Shown: positions 1-13,380, counted from the first letter of the whole stretch. The stretch is 63,661 nt of DNA, filler included, from Chiloscyllium plagiosum (GCF_004010195.1; 3 parts of one record of this genome joined end to end with filler, not necessarily neighbours in it), one strand, 5' to 3'. The notes: generated by a model from the letters alone, not told the origin. Numbers and translations: made by a program.

Positions 1-214
1 TGAGGAAATATAGCCAAGGAACAATGCCAAGGAAGGGTAAAGCACTGCCCATCCCAGGATGGGAGGATGGACAGAGTCATGGGTGGGTATTTTTCTGGTC
101 TTACAGTGGGGGAATCGGGCTCATAAAAAGTGAGGATACAGGTCACCTCATGAATGATGGAATCAATATCAGGAATGACTTTGGAATGTTATTAGAAAGG
201 GGCTAAAGGGAAGA

Positions 215-620
215 GCAGCTGCCTTCTTGAACCACTGCAGTGTACTTGCTGGGGTTGACCCAAAATGCCTTTGGGGGGGAAATTGCAGGATTTTCACCCA
301 GTGACAGTGAAGAAATGGTGATGTATTTCCAGGTCAGGATGGTGATTGGCTTGGAGGGGAACATAGAACATAGAACATAGAAGAATACAGCGCAGTACAG
401 GCCCTTTGGCCCTCGATGTTGCGCCGATCCAAGCCCACCTAACCTACACTAGCCCACTATCCTCCATATGCCTATCCAATGCCCGCTTAAATGCCCATAA
501 TGAGGGAGAGTCCACCACTGCTACTGGCAGGGCATTCCATGAACAGGAAGGTGGTGGTGTTCACATGTATCTGCTGCCCTTGTCCTTCCAGATGGAAGTG
601 GTCATGAGTTTGGAAGGTGG
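215..620 (-). mobile_element. 3' fragment of older Jockey-group (CR1/L2-like) LINE 'family B', split by a CR1 tail insertion
   Basis: Similar to 28980-29230 and 54260-54490 (gctgccttcttgaaccactgcag ... atttccaggtcaggatgg ... tctgctgcccttgtccttc ... tttggaaggtg). Confidence 0.7.
361..540 (-). mobile_element. 5'-truncated CR1 LINE 3' end
   Basis: (ACATAGA)n tail and the caggccctttggccc 3' hairpin; GAACA at 359-363 and 541-545 is a possible TSD. Confidence 0.8.
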
Positions 621-3092
621 GCTCAGACTGTATAATGGAAGATTCCACCTATTGTACAAACTCAGACTTGAACAATGGGAGAGGTCCTCTGGTTGCTATT
701 TTTGGACAGGACGCCCCCTCCCCAACCCTCAGGATAGAAGCCAACAACACTGCAGCAGGCTTCTCAGGCTCATGTCAGCAGTTGATTTCCTTTCACTGCT
801 TCCAGGCAGAGGCCCCTAACAAAAGACAGACCATCAATGGGGGCAAGTCAAGTAGTGTACATCAACTGGGGAATACAAGCAGTTTCGGGTCAGGTGTTGA
901 GCATTCCAGGTATGTTTCATCTGCTTTCTGCCCTTGGAGGGGAACAGAAAATTGGCCCCATTTGTCTTTCGGGAATAAAACAACATCATTGTTTTAAAAA
1001 TCAAATAATTTTTTAAAGCACAACAAGTATTTGTGTTCACTACAAATTTTCTCAACCATGGCCACTATTTCATTGTGGCTTGGCAACTAATATCTTGATT
1101 TTGTTTGTTCTTTTAAAGTTCTCCAAATTGTCCACAACTTAAGATTTAAGCTATACACTTTGTCTTTCACATAGCCTTCAGGGATTCCAGAAAAGACTTA
1201 ATTGATGTATTTTTGCTTGGTAGCGGAAATATTATTCAAACATTTAAGCAATAGCACTTCATATATTTTCATCTCTAAAGACAAATCTTAACTTCTCTCA
1301 GATTGCGTACTTGGAGTACTGGTTTAGTGAAACATGTTAAGACACTGGCATAGAATTTTACAGGCTCCTTTGTTTTGCTACATCAATGTCCTCAAGCTTA
1401 GAATATATTTAAACTCAGAAAAAGACGAGCTGTAAAAGCAACAAAAGCTAAAATTATTCAAAAATCTGTTTTATTTCCCTACTAACTCTCCCTCTCCCAT
1501 CCCTTTCCATCATTCCTGCTCTGGTGTGCCATGGTTATAAATTATTTCTGATAAATACAAGGCAGGAAGGTGAATAAGTTCTTTCACCAAATACTGTTTA
1601 GCAAGGGGGTGTGGCTACATGTAAAGAAACAGATCAAAGGAAGGCACTAACAGACCTTGTAGCCTGTCTACAGAAGATCAAGCTCTAATTTCTGAAGAAA
1701 GATTTGCAGTGAATGTGCTGTGGTCAATAGGTAGCTGACCTGAAGACCCTTAGCTGAGAGCCTTGATTCATGGTTTGAATTATCTTGATTATAACACCCC
1801 ATCAGATTCCAAGCGACTCTGTTTAGTCAAGGGAGCTGTGCTTCTGTGAGAAAGCTAACTTAAAACTTTAAAAAATCTATTTTATATTGTTTGCTGCTAA
1901 TAAAAGTCTCAAATCAAATTCAATAGTTATTCAAAATCAATATTTGATTTTTTAATTTCTTCTGCCAATCATTTTGTTGGACATGTTCCTGTGCGTATAA
2001 AACAGAAAATCTATTTATTTCTCTCTCTGGCTAACTATTTTGGCAAAATTATCAATTTTAGCAATTTTATCCCTTCCCTCATTCCCCTAAAAGTACTTAG
2101 CTGAAAAAATGAGTGTAAATCTTTTTGACATGGTCAAGGTGAAAAGAAAATCTGCAAATGCCAAATATCAGAGTGGACACATACATAAATATTAAGTGCA
2201 CAGAGGCAAGTCAGCATTGCCTGAGAAAGGAAGATCCATGGAAATTCTGAGTGGGAATCTTTTCCAGATTGCCATTAATTATTGTTTTCTTGTAGTCAAT
2301 TAAAATTCAAAGGAGTCCTAATATGCATATTAGAGAGCACATTTTCTGTTTCTACTTTATGAGAAGCTTTCAGCTAATGAAAGAGGGTAGACTGGTATGG
2401 GGGTACAGGCAGGGAAGGGAGGAAAATTTACAACTGCACTTTAAGCTGGCTGCCTTTATTTTGTTATAGGCCCAAAAGTTGGAAGCACTACTCAACATTG
2501 CACATCACCTTCACTTCCTCTTCTGCCATTTCAGAAGGCCTGCAGTGTGAGTTCTAGGGTTGAGACATACTTCGCACAACAGAATAAATATTCTGTTTGC
2601 TATGTGTTAGCTAGCAAGCTAACATTGTGCATAAAACAGCATTAAAAGGGTTTTAAAGACTTAAAATGTTTCCAAGGAGTGATTAGCAAGTATTTTACTA
2701 TGCCATTTAGAAAGAAATGTTATATTTGTCCTAAGTGGTTTCTATACCTTCAGATAACCACTTTTCTTATTTTCTCATGTTCATGTTCCTCATGCAGCAG
2801 TGTACACTATTACTGGAACTTCAATTTGAAATTGTAGTCACAGTTGAGAAATGTGAGTCCTCAATGCAGCATAATTTACCAGCAAGCTTGGTTACAAAAT
2901 GGAGACCTGTATTCTTCAACTTCCAAACTCTCAATCTCACTATTTGCATTTCCTGCTGGTCATTATAAACATGAAAGAGGGCCAGTTCCAAAATGGGCAG
3001 GACACCTCTGATTAAGATTAAATTGAATTCCAATATCTTATTTAGAATATATCTTACTACATGCAACTGTGCTTCAGCAGAGATCTCTTAAA

Positions 3093-3231
3093 GGGCAAAC
3101 GTGAGGACTGCAGATGCTGAAAATCAGAGTCTCGAATGGTTCCTGATTAAGGGCTTTTGCCTGAAACATTGATTTTCCTGCTCCTTGGATACTGCCTGAC
3201 CTGCTGTGCTTTTCCAGCACCACTCTAATCT
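3093..3231. mobile_element. Penelope-like element family A, short inverted terminal-repeat remnant
   Basis: Decayed cctgatgaagggcttttgcccgaaac motif; 14-bp TSD AGAGATC(T/C)TTAAA-like at 3079-3092 and 3232-3245 (1 mismatch). Confidence 0.8.
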
Positions 3232-3929
3232 AGAGATCTTTTAAAACTAATCCTTAGTGTTTCACTGTATTTTGAGCTACAGGTGAGCATCTTTCTCCAC
3301 CTCTTGCTCCATTGTTAAGCCTCCCAGAACATGCAACAGACTACAATAACCTTCAAGCTCTGAAAAGGGCCGTGCTGTTAGATTCCCTTGATCAGACTAA
3401 CCGGGCATATTTTGTGACAACCTATGAATGGTGGATCAAGACGAGACTATTCAAAGCACAGTGTTCCTGTAATGGTAATACTGATTAAAGCAGTGAGTAG
3501 CTAACCTATGCCAGGAAGGTCCCAAGTTACTTGTGTTGATTACAGCTCCGAATTTCTTGGGTATGTGCTGTTCTTTGGCTGTGGCTAATGATTCTCCTTT
3601 TCTGTGAAAAGAATAAGTGATAAATTATGAGCATAAAAGCATATTTATCCTTTCGAGCTTCATGTTATCATTATACAGCTAAATGAACAGGACTGGGCAC
3701 ATGAAGCAGAGCCTCATTAGATGGGACTGTGGCTCAGAGAATCAGGGTGTTTGGCCGCTTACTGACTCACATTCCTGTTCAATGAGGCTCTGTTCCAAGA
3801 ATGCAGCTTTGCTGAGCCTGTCCATACATGTACTATTAAGTACTTCTGGAAGTAATACGCCAGCAAGCAGCACTCATGCCCCACAAGTGCCAAAAAAAAA
3901 CTACCTCCAACGAAAGAGAATCTAATCAC

Positions 3930-4410
3930 ATCTTCCTGACATTTAACAGCATTATCCTCACCGAATCCTCTATCATCAACAGCCAAAGTGTCAATATTAA
4001 ATGAAACTTATCAGATCAATATAAATACTGTGGCTGCAAGTACAGGTCAAAGGCTGGGCAATGACTAACCTCCTGCCTTTGCAAAGCCTTTCCACTATTT
4101 ACAAGTCATAATTGTAAGCGTGGCTGGAGAACTGTAGCTGCAAATACAATACATTTAAGAAGCTCAAAACTATCCAGGACAAAACAACTCTGTTGACTGG
4201 TATTCTGTCCAATACCTTAAGCGTTTTCTCCCTCCACAAATAGCACACAATAACAGAAGCATGTACCATTTACAAGATTTACTGCGGCAACTCATTAAAA
4301 CTCCTTTGCAGTACCATCTGAATCTATGAACTCTTTCATCTGGAAGAAGTCAGGCAACAAGATCATGGTACACTACCCACTTCCAAGGTCCCTTCCGAGT
4401 CATACATATC
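3930..4410 (+). mobile_element. decayed LINE family B fragment
   Basis: Resembles the reverse complement of 29100-29600 (aaatactgtggctgcaag..caggtcaaaggctggg; aagaagctcaaaactatccaggacaaa). Confidence 0.6.
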
Positions 4411-4422
4411 CTTCTTGCCATA

Positions 4423-4473
4423 GGAGGGCAAGTAGAATGGAGGTGGAGGGCAAGTAGAATGGAGGTGGAGGGC
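4423..4473. repeat. 22-bp tandem duplication (GGAGGGCAAGTAGAATGGAGGT x2.3)
   Basis: Exact repeat read directly from the sequence. Confidence 0.9.
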
Positions 4474-5154
4474 TGGTCACCCTAGAGAATCATGATGATC
4501 TACAGGACAGAAAAAGACCAGCACTAACTTTATAACCTTCTTTTTAAATTGTGCAATTTTTTCTTGACCTACCACCATTCCAGGGAGTTTTTCAAATAGA
4601 CCAATGCATTTTTGTTGAGTTCCCATTCCAAATTGAATGGGTTGCCATTAGAAATAACTGAAAAAAAATTAGGTAGGACTTGCCGCCTTCCCCTCTGGCC
4701 TGGATTTCTCTCCCTCTCCCCGCTCATCAAGCTGCAACCGGGATTGCTGCCGACAGTTTCCCACCACCTATAAAAGGCGATGAAACAGAACAATCTAACT
4801 TCCCAGCACATCATGCTCTTGTCTGCTCTTCTTATCATGAATCTGTCATAAGTAGGGTGGGAAATGGTTATGGGTAAGACCTGATTTTAATTAATGGAGG
4901 AAATCTCCCGTTAGAGGTCTTTTCTGTCAATAGCTCATGGCTCCCATGAACCTACTCTTGCTGACCTTTCACACCGTACGAAGACTATAAAAATGGAATA
5001 TCTTAATCCCTTAATTGATAATGAATCGTTACAAATATTAACAGAACAATGCTACTTACAGGAATGAACTATTGACAATAGACAATGACAGTGATCCATC
5101 GGAACTTTGTTATGGAGCTTAACCCTTATTCGCTAACCAATTGGATAAGGGGTT

Positions 5155-5260
5155 CAGAAACAAAAACAGAAATTGCTGAAAATGCTAAGCAGGTCTCACA
5201 GCATCTATGAAGAGAAATCAAAACTAATGTTTTGGGTTCGGTGACCCTTCCTCAGAACTG
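5155..5260 (-). mobile_element. PLE family C terminal-repeat remnant
   Basis: Similar to 9695-9906, 33485-33735 and 57100-57205; minus strand reads CTGAGGAAGGGTCACCGAACCCAAAAC, a decayed hammerhead core. Confidence 0.65.
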
Positions 5261-6619
5261 GATAAAGGGTTCAGTTGGAGAAGCTCTTATGGCTAATTTC
5301 CTGTATTTGCATTATATCATTTACCTTGTCTCTCAGACACAAACGGAACTTTAACTCCTCCAGGCAATTTCAACTTCAGGTGGGGGGTTGTGGGCATTTG
5401 CCCAGATTGTTCAGCTAGGCCCACTCCACTACTATTTTGCAGCCATCAAGCCACAATCAGTAACTTTGATTTGCATGATTTGCATGAATAGCTCTGGCCT
5501 AACTGTTAGGAATTACACTTCAACTCCAGGCTGTTGCCCGGTCTCTCTGTCCCTGTTGCTCCATGAGGCTTCGCTGGCTCAGGGGTACTGCCAGTTGGTC
5601 TGGCAAGGTGCCTGTTCCAATTCTCCTTCCTATTGAGCCTCAAGGCCTTTTGCTCTTTCTAGGATTACAATTGAGACAAAGGGATAGGTGAGTATTTTGG
5701 TCACAGAAAATGTCAATCTGCCAATAATTGTACTTTAATAGGAAAATCCAACTCAGAATTTCTACTAGCAGTAGCATAGCTTGGTAATATATTTGAGGGC
5801 TGCCCTTCCTCCCCAATAATAAGCTTGTGCAGCTCCCCAGTGAACAGCAAGAGCACTTGAAGAGACTCATCATGAAATCTCATTTGTTGCATTTAGGATT
5901 CTCCTAAAACTTTTCATTCCAAAACAAGACTTGTGCCATTTAAGTGATTTACATTACTATCCCCTAAGAAGTAAGTAGAGTGTTATTAACTCAGATGCAT
6001 CCTTGTGTACCGCTATTTTTGGACACTTCTGACAATATTGCATTCTGACAAATGATGCAAATTAAAGTCACATATTTCCTCAACTTTAGTCATGGTTCAT
6101 TAACCTTCCAGAGAAAAAAAAACTTTTTCCCTTTTTGTATTGAAATGAAAAACTTAGGTTTGTAGTTGACTAACCTTCTATCATTACGGCAAGTAAATGA
6201 AGCTTAAGTTAAATTTAGTGGCACAAGATCTTAAATGCTAGAGTGCTTGAGGAGGGTAGATCACATTTTCCATTGGCATTCAAACATGCGCTTTCCTCAA
6301 ACAAACAAACAACAGGTTGTTGGTTAACCTTTTCAACTGCTACCCAAGGTATGATAGCAGTTGAAAAGTTAAGAGCACAAGGCAAGGAAAGGAGGAACCC
6401 ATGACATCCGCACAAATTTTATGAATCTTACCCAAGCACAATTTATTAATTCATTAAGCAGCCCATTGATTGGTATCCCAGCCACCACTTTCAACATTTA
6501 CTCCCTTCAGTGCAGACCCATAGTGGCAATAATGTGTAATACTTGTAAGATGCACTGCAGCAATTCATCAAGGATCCTTCATGAGCATCATTGCTAAACA
6601 AATATTTCTCATCAGTTTT

Positions 6620-8190
6620 CACTTAGGAAAAGGAGAATGTTATAGAGGAGAATAATGAGATACGAGATATTAGACTAGAAAGGGTCAAGGTTAGTTACGA
6701 AGAGGTGTTATCAATTCTAGAAGGAGTGAAAGTAGACAAGTCCCCTGGGCTGGATGGGATTTATCCAAGGATTCTCTGGGAAGCTAGGGAGGAGATAGCA
6801 GAGCCTTTGGCTTGATCTTTGAGTCAGCATTGTCTACAGGTTTAGTAGCAGAGAACTGGAGGATTACAAATGTTCTGCCCTTGTTCAAGATGGGTAGCAG
6901 AGATGACCCAGGTAATTAGAGACCAGTGAGCCTTACATCTGTTGGAGGAAAGGTTTTGGAAAGGATTATAAGAGCAAGCAAGGGCACGTCGTGTCTCACA
7001 AACCTCATTGAGTTCTTTGAGAAGGTGACCATGTATGTCGATGAGGGTAGGGCAGTTGACATGTTGTACATGGACGTCAGTAAAGTCTTTGATAAGGTTC
7101 CAAATGGTAGGCTGTTGGAGAAAATGCAGAGGCATGGGATTGGGGGAGATTTAGCAGTTTGGATTAGAAACTGGCTTTCTGAAAGAATGTAGCGAGTGAT
7201 AGTTGATGCAAAATATTCAGCCTGGAGTCCAGTTACTAGTGGTGTGCCACAAGGATCTGTTTTGGGACCACTGCTGTTTGTCATTTTTATAAATGACTTA
7301 GACGCAGGCAGAGGTGGATGGATTAGTAAGTTTGCAGATGACAGTAAAGTTGGTGGAGTAGTGGACAGTATGGGAGAATGTTACAGGTTGCAGGGGGACT
7401 TGGATAAACTGCAGAATTGGGCTAAGAGGTGGCAAATGGAGGTCAATGCAGATAAATGTGAGGTGATTCACTTTGGGAAGAATAACAGGAAGGCAGAGTA
7501 CTGGGTCAATGGAAAGATTCTTGGTAGTGTGGATGTACAGAGGAATCTTGGAGTCCATGTACATAGATCCCTGAAAGTTGCCACCCCCAGGTCGATAGTG
7601 CTGTTAAGAAGGCATACGGTGTGTTCGGTTTTATTGGTGGAGGGATTGAGTTCCAGAGCCATAATGTCATGCTGCAACTGTACAAAACACTAGTGCAGCC
7701 ACACTTGGAATATTGTGTACAGTTCTGGTTGCCCCATTGCAGAAAGGATGTGGAAGCATTGGAAAAGGTGCAGAGGAGATTTACCAGGATGTTGCCTGGT
7801 CTGGAGGGAAGGTCTTATGAGAAAAGGCTGAGGGACTTGGGTCTGTTCTCATTGGAAAGAAGAAGGCTAAGAGGGGATTTGATAGAGACATACAAGATGA
7901 TCAGAAAATTAGATATGGTAGACAGTGAAAGCTTGTACAAGGGGGCATAACTATAAACTGAGGGGTGATAGATTTAAGACAGATGTCAGAGGCAGGTTCT
8001 TTACTCAGAGAATGCCCTGCCTGCAAATGTAGATAACTCAGCCACATCAGGGAGATTTAAACAATCCTTGGATAAGCACATGGATGATGATGGGATAGTG
8101 TAGGGGAATGAGCTTAGAATAATTCACAGGTCAGCGCAATATCGAGGGCCAAAGGGCCTGTTCTGCACTGTATTGTTCTATATTCTTTGT
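6620..8190 (+). mobile_element. CR1 LINE, 5'-truncated ORF2 (RT) plus 3' tail, disrupted
   Basis: ORF pieces KSPGLDG, SCLTNLIEFFE, SGVPQGSVLGPLLF, FADD, HLEYCVQFW; CR1 3' end gggccaaagggcctgttctgcactgtattgttcta. Confidence 0.93.
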
Positions 8191-8194
8191 TCAT

Positions 8195-8480
8195 CTTGCA
8201 CACCTGTGATCTTGTCCACCTATAAATACAAGGGCAACATATCCATGGGAGCACTACCACCTGCAGGTACTCCTCCAAACCACCCACTATCCTGGAATGA
8301 TATCACTCTTGCTTTATTGTCATTTGGTCAAAATCCTTGAGCTCTCTTCCAAGTAGCACTTTAGGTATCCCTACATCCCTACAACTGCTGTTGTTCAAGA
8401 AGACAGCTCACCACCTTCTTTTCCAGGGCAATGCTGGATGGAAAATAAAAGCCATAGACACCCACACATTCAGTAAATGA
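8195..8480 (+). mobile_element. LINE family B 3' end (upstream part at about 6460-6590, split by the CR1)
   Basis: atgggagcactaccacctgcagg ... ttcaagaagacagctcaccaccttcttttccagggcaat matches the family B 3' end. Confidence 0.6.
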
Positions 8481-9694
8481 GTGATGATAAAAACAAATGT
8501 TCATCTCTGTATAAAAGAGGACCAGGAAAGGTTTTGATACAGAGTCAATTCCAATCTTCCAAACTTCAGACTAGCTCAGAACAAGGGACTGATGGGGGTG
8601 GGTGGGGGGAAGTAATCGGGAAATAATTCAGAAAATATTGGGACAGATTTTTGAATGAGTGGCAATCTCCAGCAAATTGCAATTCCACTCCATTTTTACG
8701 TCCCAAAACAGCTCCACATTTCTGACAGGAGACTCGGATAAGTACACCTACTGAAATGTGCAGCTCTATTTTTATTCTAACAGCTACCTTGTAGTGTAGA
8801 ACTGTCAGAGCAAGGCATACCATGCCTCCTTTTTCATAACAGCCAGTTGCCTTATTCTGAAATGTAAAGTTCCAGCACCACAGACAGTTGCTGTCAAATG
8901 GTATGTAGGCCAAATGTGAGGTTTGAATGCCAGGAGGATAAGGTGGGCAGGTGGTTAAGAGACCAGGCATATAGAATACCAGGTGGGTAGGGTACCAATT
9001 AAGTTGGGTGCCACCAAAATGATACTGTGGCAGTTTGGGGATAACAAATCCCCTGGTGTTGGGAGTAAATGTACGTGTTGAGATCTAGGGATTTGAGGGG
9101 AATGTCATCCTGAGGGGAGGGGTAAGTCAGACCTGGAGCAAAGTGGAGATGGGCTCTGGTCTAGTGGTGGGGCTTGGTTCAGGAGTGGGCGAAGAGATGC
9201 CTGGGACCAGAACAGGGTAAGGAGGGGTCATGTCTGGAGCAGGGGTTGTGCCAGGTCAGGTATCAGGATAAATGGTAGTCTGGAATAAAGTCAAGTCGGG
9301 TCAAGTCTAGAACCAGAGTAGTGTGTCAGGTCTGGCAGTGGAGGAAGTTGAGGGTTTCAGCTCCTGAGCAGGGATAGACACATTGAAGTCTTAAAATGGT
9401 GCAGTGTTGGATCTGGAGTGGGGGAAGAGGGTATCAAGTCCCAGGGGTTTGGTGGTGTGAGGTCCAGAGATGGGTAGTGTCAGATTTTGGCTTTAGAGGG
9501 ATTGTCTGGTCAGAGTCTGAGGGTTGTGTAAGGGATCTGTGGGAGGTGTATTTTGGGAAAGGTGTAATTTAAGTTAGGGGTCAGTTTAATAGTTTGTCAA
9601 AAGTTAGACAATGTATTTAACTGTTTTCTTAACTGCAGCAGAGCTCTCCAAATTCTCTGATTTAGATGGACACTTTCAAAGGATTCCATGGGTA

Positions 9695-9906
9695 AATAAA
9701 AACTAAAAGAACTGTGGATGCTGTAAATCAGAAGCAAAAAACTGAAGTTGCTGTAGAAGCTCAGAAAATCTGGCAGCATATATGAAGAGAAATCAGAGTT
9801 AATGTCCAGTTCAGAGGAAGGGTCACCGGACCCAAAACATTAAATCTGATTTATCTTCACAAATGCTGCCAGGTCTGCTGAGCTTCACCAGCAACTTTTG
9901 TTTTTG
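9695..9906. mobile_element. PLE family C, inverted (palindromic) terminal-repeat remnant
   Basis: Left arm 9735-9805 is an imperfect reverse complement of 9835-9906; gaggaagggtcaccggacccaaaac core. Confidence 0.7.
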
Positions 9907-10667
9907 TAGTGGAATTTTCCATTTCCAAGCCTACTACTTTGTGGACTCAACAGGGTCCCCATGCACAACGCCCACCTATGCTTCAAAAACAGCTATCTGG
10001 CTATTGAAAATCTAAGCAATTAAATTAAAATATCAGCCAAAACTAATGCAATATTTTCAAATCACAAATTCTTCTTGATCTCTTAATTATGAAGGGAATG
10101 TTTGAGGAAAACCCAAATTCATTACTGAAAGGTTTCAAAACTCTTGCATCCTCATATTTAAAAAATCCTAAACAGGTATAGCTTTTACTCCAAGAAAACC
10201 TAATACTCCTGTAAAAAAGCTGAAACGTTTCCCTAATACATAATTATCATGCCACAGTCTAGCTGAACAAAGAGTCTTTACAGCTGCAAACTGTGTGATG
10301 TCAATGGGAATATGGATTATTGCACAGAAATATGCAACCATTTCAGGCTTGTATTACACAACACCTGTTACCAATTTCAAAAGTGTAGTGATTATTTAAA
10401 AGTCTATCTTATTACTTAGTCCCTGAAGTGTTGTTAAACAAGTGGAACTTTTTGTTTCCTTGATACAAAACTGCATTATTCACTTGTCTTTAAGTAGAAA
10501 AGCTTGTTATTGTTATCACTTTCAGGATATTTACACAAAAGGTTCAGTGGATGAAGTGACATTAACACTCCACAAACATTAATTTTAATATTCCAAAATA
10601 TAAATACCACCAAGAGCTTGTCATCAAAGCTACTTGCTTCAGACTCTTTCATACAGTATTCTTGTAA

Positions 10668-10905
10668 AGTGACCTGTACAAGAAGGATGGATTGCACCTA
10701 AATTGGTAGGGGACTAATATACTGGTAGGAAAATTTGCCAGAGCTGCTAGAGAGGATTTAAACTAGTAAGGTGGGAGGTGGTGGGACCCAGGGAGATAGT
10801 GAGGAAAGAGATCAATCTTAGACTAGTACAGTTGAGAACAGACGCAAGTCAAACAGTCAGGGCAGGCAGGGACAAGGTAGGACTAATAAATTAAGCTGCA
10901 TTTAT
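10668..10905 (+). mobile_element. CR1 ORF1 (SGNH esterase) C-terminal fragment
   Basis: Translates DLYKKDGLHLNW, the DxxH esterase motif typical of CR1 ORF1, and runs into an ORF2-start-like LSCIY. Confidence 0.7.
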
Positions 10906-11189
10906 TCTTCCAGCACCTCAAAGAATGAGAGCTACAGTTATATTGTAACACAATCACTTCTGTTCTCCTTCAAGTCACACACAGTGAAAAATGATCAGAT
11001 CTCTCCTATTCACAGTAAACATGATCAATTTAATGACTAACTACTACCTCTATGAGCCTCCTCCCAATCCTTAACAAAGTTTTGGAAGAACTTATCAAGC
11101 AACATCTATTTTAATATCCTGCCTCCAGATACTCAGTCAGTTCTGCCAGAAGTGCTGAATTCAAAGCTGATAATGGCCTTGATTGAACA

Positions 11190-13130
11190 TATATGGAAAA
11201 GATAAAGCAAGTGCAGAGTGGACACTATTCCCCTCATATCTTAGGAAGCATTGAACTAAGTATGGCTCCAAGAAACCCCACCAAAAACTGAGTACAATAT
11301 GAAAATCTTCAGTCACTGGAATCATATTCTACACTTAGGAAGATGATCTTAGTCATCAGATGTAATTCATTGAAGCCACAGGATTGCCTGAATTCATCAA
11401 GGAAGAGTCCTCAGCCCTATGACCATCAGTTTTTCATCATGATAGGCTTCCATCTGTCATAATTCTGGGATTGGGGTTGTTTGCTAATTATTCCATATTG
11501 TTTAGCTCCACTCACAACTGCACTGATAATGAAGTAGATCATGTGAACTTACAGCAGTATCTAACCAGCATCTAAGCTTAGACTGAAAGTGGTTGGTAAC
11601 ACTTGTGCTATGCTAGCAGCAAACAAAATATTACCTGAAACAAAAGGAAGTGCAACCATTCACTTGACATTCATCAATTCTGTCACTGGTGAGTCCCCCA
11701 CTTTAACATTCCCTGGATCACCACTAACCAGAGGCTAAATCTACTCACTCATACTATTCTGGATCAATGGTGCTGGAAGAGCACAGCAATTCAGGCAGCA
11801 TCCGACGCGCAGCAAAATTGACGTTTCGGGCAAAAGCCCTTCATCAGGTATAAGGGCAGAGAGCCTGAAGCGTGGAGAGATAAGCTAGAGGAGGGTAGGG
11901 GTGGGGAGAAAGGAGCATAGAGTACAATAGGTGAATGGGGGAGGAGATGAAGGTGATAGATCAGGGAGGAGAGGGTGGAGTGGATAGGTGGAAAAGGAGC
12001 TAGGCAGGTCGGACAAGTCCGGACAAGTCAAGGGGACAGTGCGGAGCTGGAAGTTTGAAACTAGGATGAGGTGGGGCAAGGGGAAATGAGGAAGCTGTTG
12101 AAGTCCACATTAATGCCCTGGGGTTGAAGTGTTCCGAGGGGGAATATGAGGCGTTCTTCCTCCAGGCGTCTGGCGGTGAGGGAGCGGCGGTGAAGGAGGC
12201 CCAGGACCTCCATGCCCTCGGCAGAGTGGGAGGGGGAGTGGAAATGTTGGGCCACGGGGCGGTNNNNNNNNNNNNNNNNNNNNNNNNNNNNNNNNNNNNN
12301 NNNNNNNNNNNNNNNNNNNNNNNNNNNNNNNNNNNNNNNNNNNNNNNNNNNNNNNNNNNNNNNNNNNNNNNNNNNNNNNNNNNNNNNNNNNNNNNNNNNN
12401 NNNNNNNNNNNNNNNNNNNNNNNNNNNNNNNNNNNNNNNNNNNNNNNNNNNNNNNNNNNNNNNNNNNNNNNNNNNNNNNNNNNNNNNNNNNNNNNNNNNN
12501 NNNNNNNNNNNNNNNNNNNNNNNNNNNNNNNNNNNNNNNNNNNNNNNNNNNNNNNNNNNNNNNNNNNNNNNNNNNNNNNNNNNNNNNNNNNNNNNNNNNN
12601 NNNNNNNNNNNNNNNNNNNNNNNNNNNNNNNNNNNNNNNNNNNNNNNNNNNNNNNNNNNNNNNNNNNNNNNNNNNNNNNNNNNNNNNNNNNNNNNNNNNN
12701 NNNNNNNNNNNNNNNNNNNNNNNNNNNNNGATCTACTCCCCCACTCACCTATTGTACTCTATGCTACTTTCTCCCCACCCCCACCCTCCTCTAGCTTATC
12801 TCTCCACGCTTCAGGCTCTCTGCCTTTATTCCTGATGAAGGGCTTTTGCCCGAAACATCGATTTTGCTACTTGTCGGATGCTGCCTGAATTGCTGTGCTC
12901 TTCCAGCACCACTGATCCAGAATCTGGTTTCCAGCATCTGCAGTCATTGTTTTTACCTCACTCATACTATTACTGAGGCTACAAAGCAAATAGGGGCATT
13001 GGGTACTCTGCAGTGAGGATTCACCTCATGACTCTCAAAGCCTCTTTGTCATCTACACAGCTTGAGTAAAGAATAAGGGGCTACCGCTTTAACAGCAGTT
13101 CGGAAGCACTGTACCATCAAGGAAAACGAT
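11190..13130 (+). mobile_element. decayed LINE family B RT region, interrupted by a PLE at 11759-12956
   Basis: Collinear with the reverse complement of 29370-29910 (gtcctcagccc..ccatc, ttgtttgctaatta, gtggttggtaacacttgtgc). Confidence 0.55.
11759..12956. mobile_element. PLE family A (Neptune-like) insertion with inverted terminal repeats, centre in an assembly gap
   Basis: GIY-YIG C-terminus on minus strand (AQHFHSPSH..RRLEEERLIF.LGTLQPQGIN); 15-bp TSD CTCACTCATACTATT at 11744-11758 and 12957-12971. Confidence 0.9.
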
Positions 13131-13337
13131 CAGCAAAAAGCCACTAAACTCCACTTTATTCATAACCATTTAAAATTTATATTGTCTTCATTTCTCCCTA
13201 CCAATGTTTACAATTCTCCATTGTGCATTAACCTCACAGAATACCCTGATCAAGAGTTCGGGATAAAATTGATTCTATCAATGCAGTTCATCAGTCAACT
13301 GTTAAATGTCATGTAAGAGTATGAAGCATACACTCAC

Positions 13338-13380
13338 TCAGTTGTTTTCTCTTTTCTCTATGATACTTCCTCTGGGTATC
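13338..13380 (-). CDS. candidate 43-nt internal coding exon (DTQRKYHREKRKQL+1 nt) of an unidentified host gene
   Basis: Minus strand ...ctctgatctttcagtgtccgctAG|exon|GTGAGT consensus donor, in non-repetitive sequence; open in phase 0; protein not recognised. Confidence 0.4.

Noticed and set aside
4574..4658. Minus-strand exon-like segment with a strong acceptor
   Set aside because: Only one open frame with an unrecognisable peptide and an in-frame stop right at the donor; no supporting evidence.
12110..12888. 200-250 aa ORFs containing X runs (also 35077-35556)
   Set aside because: Open only because they cross N gaps.
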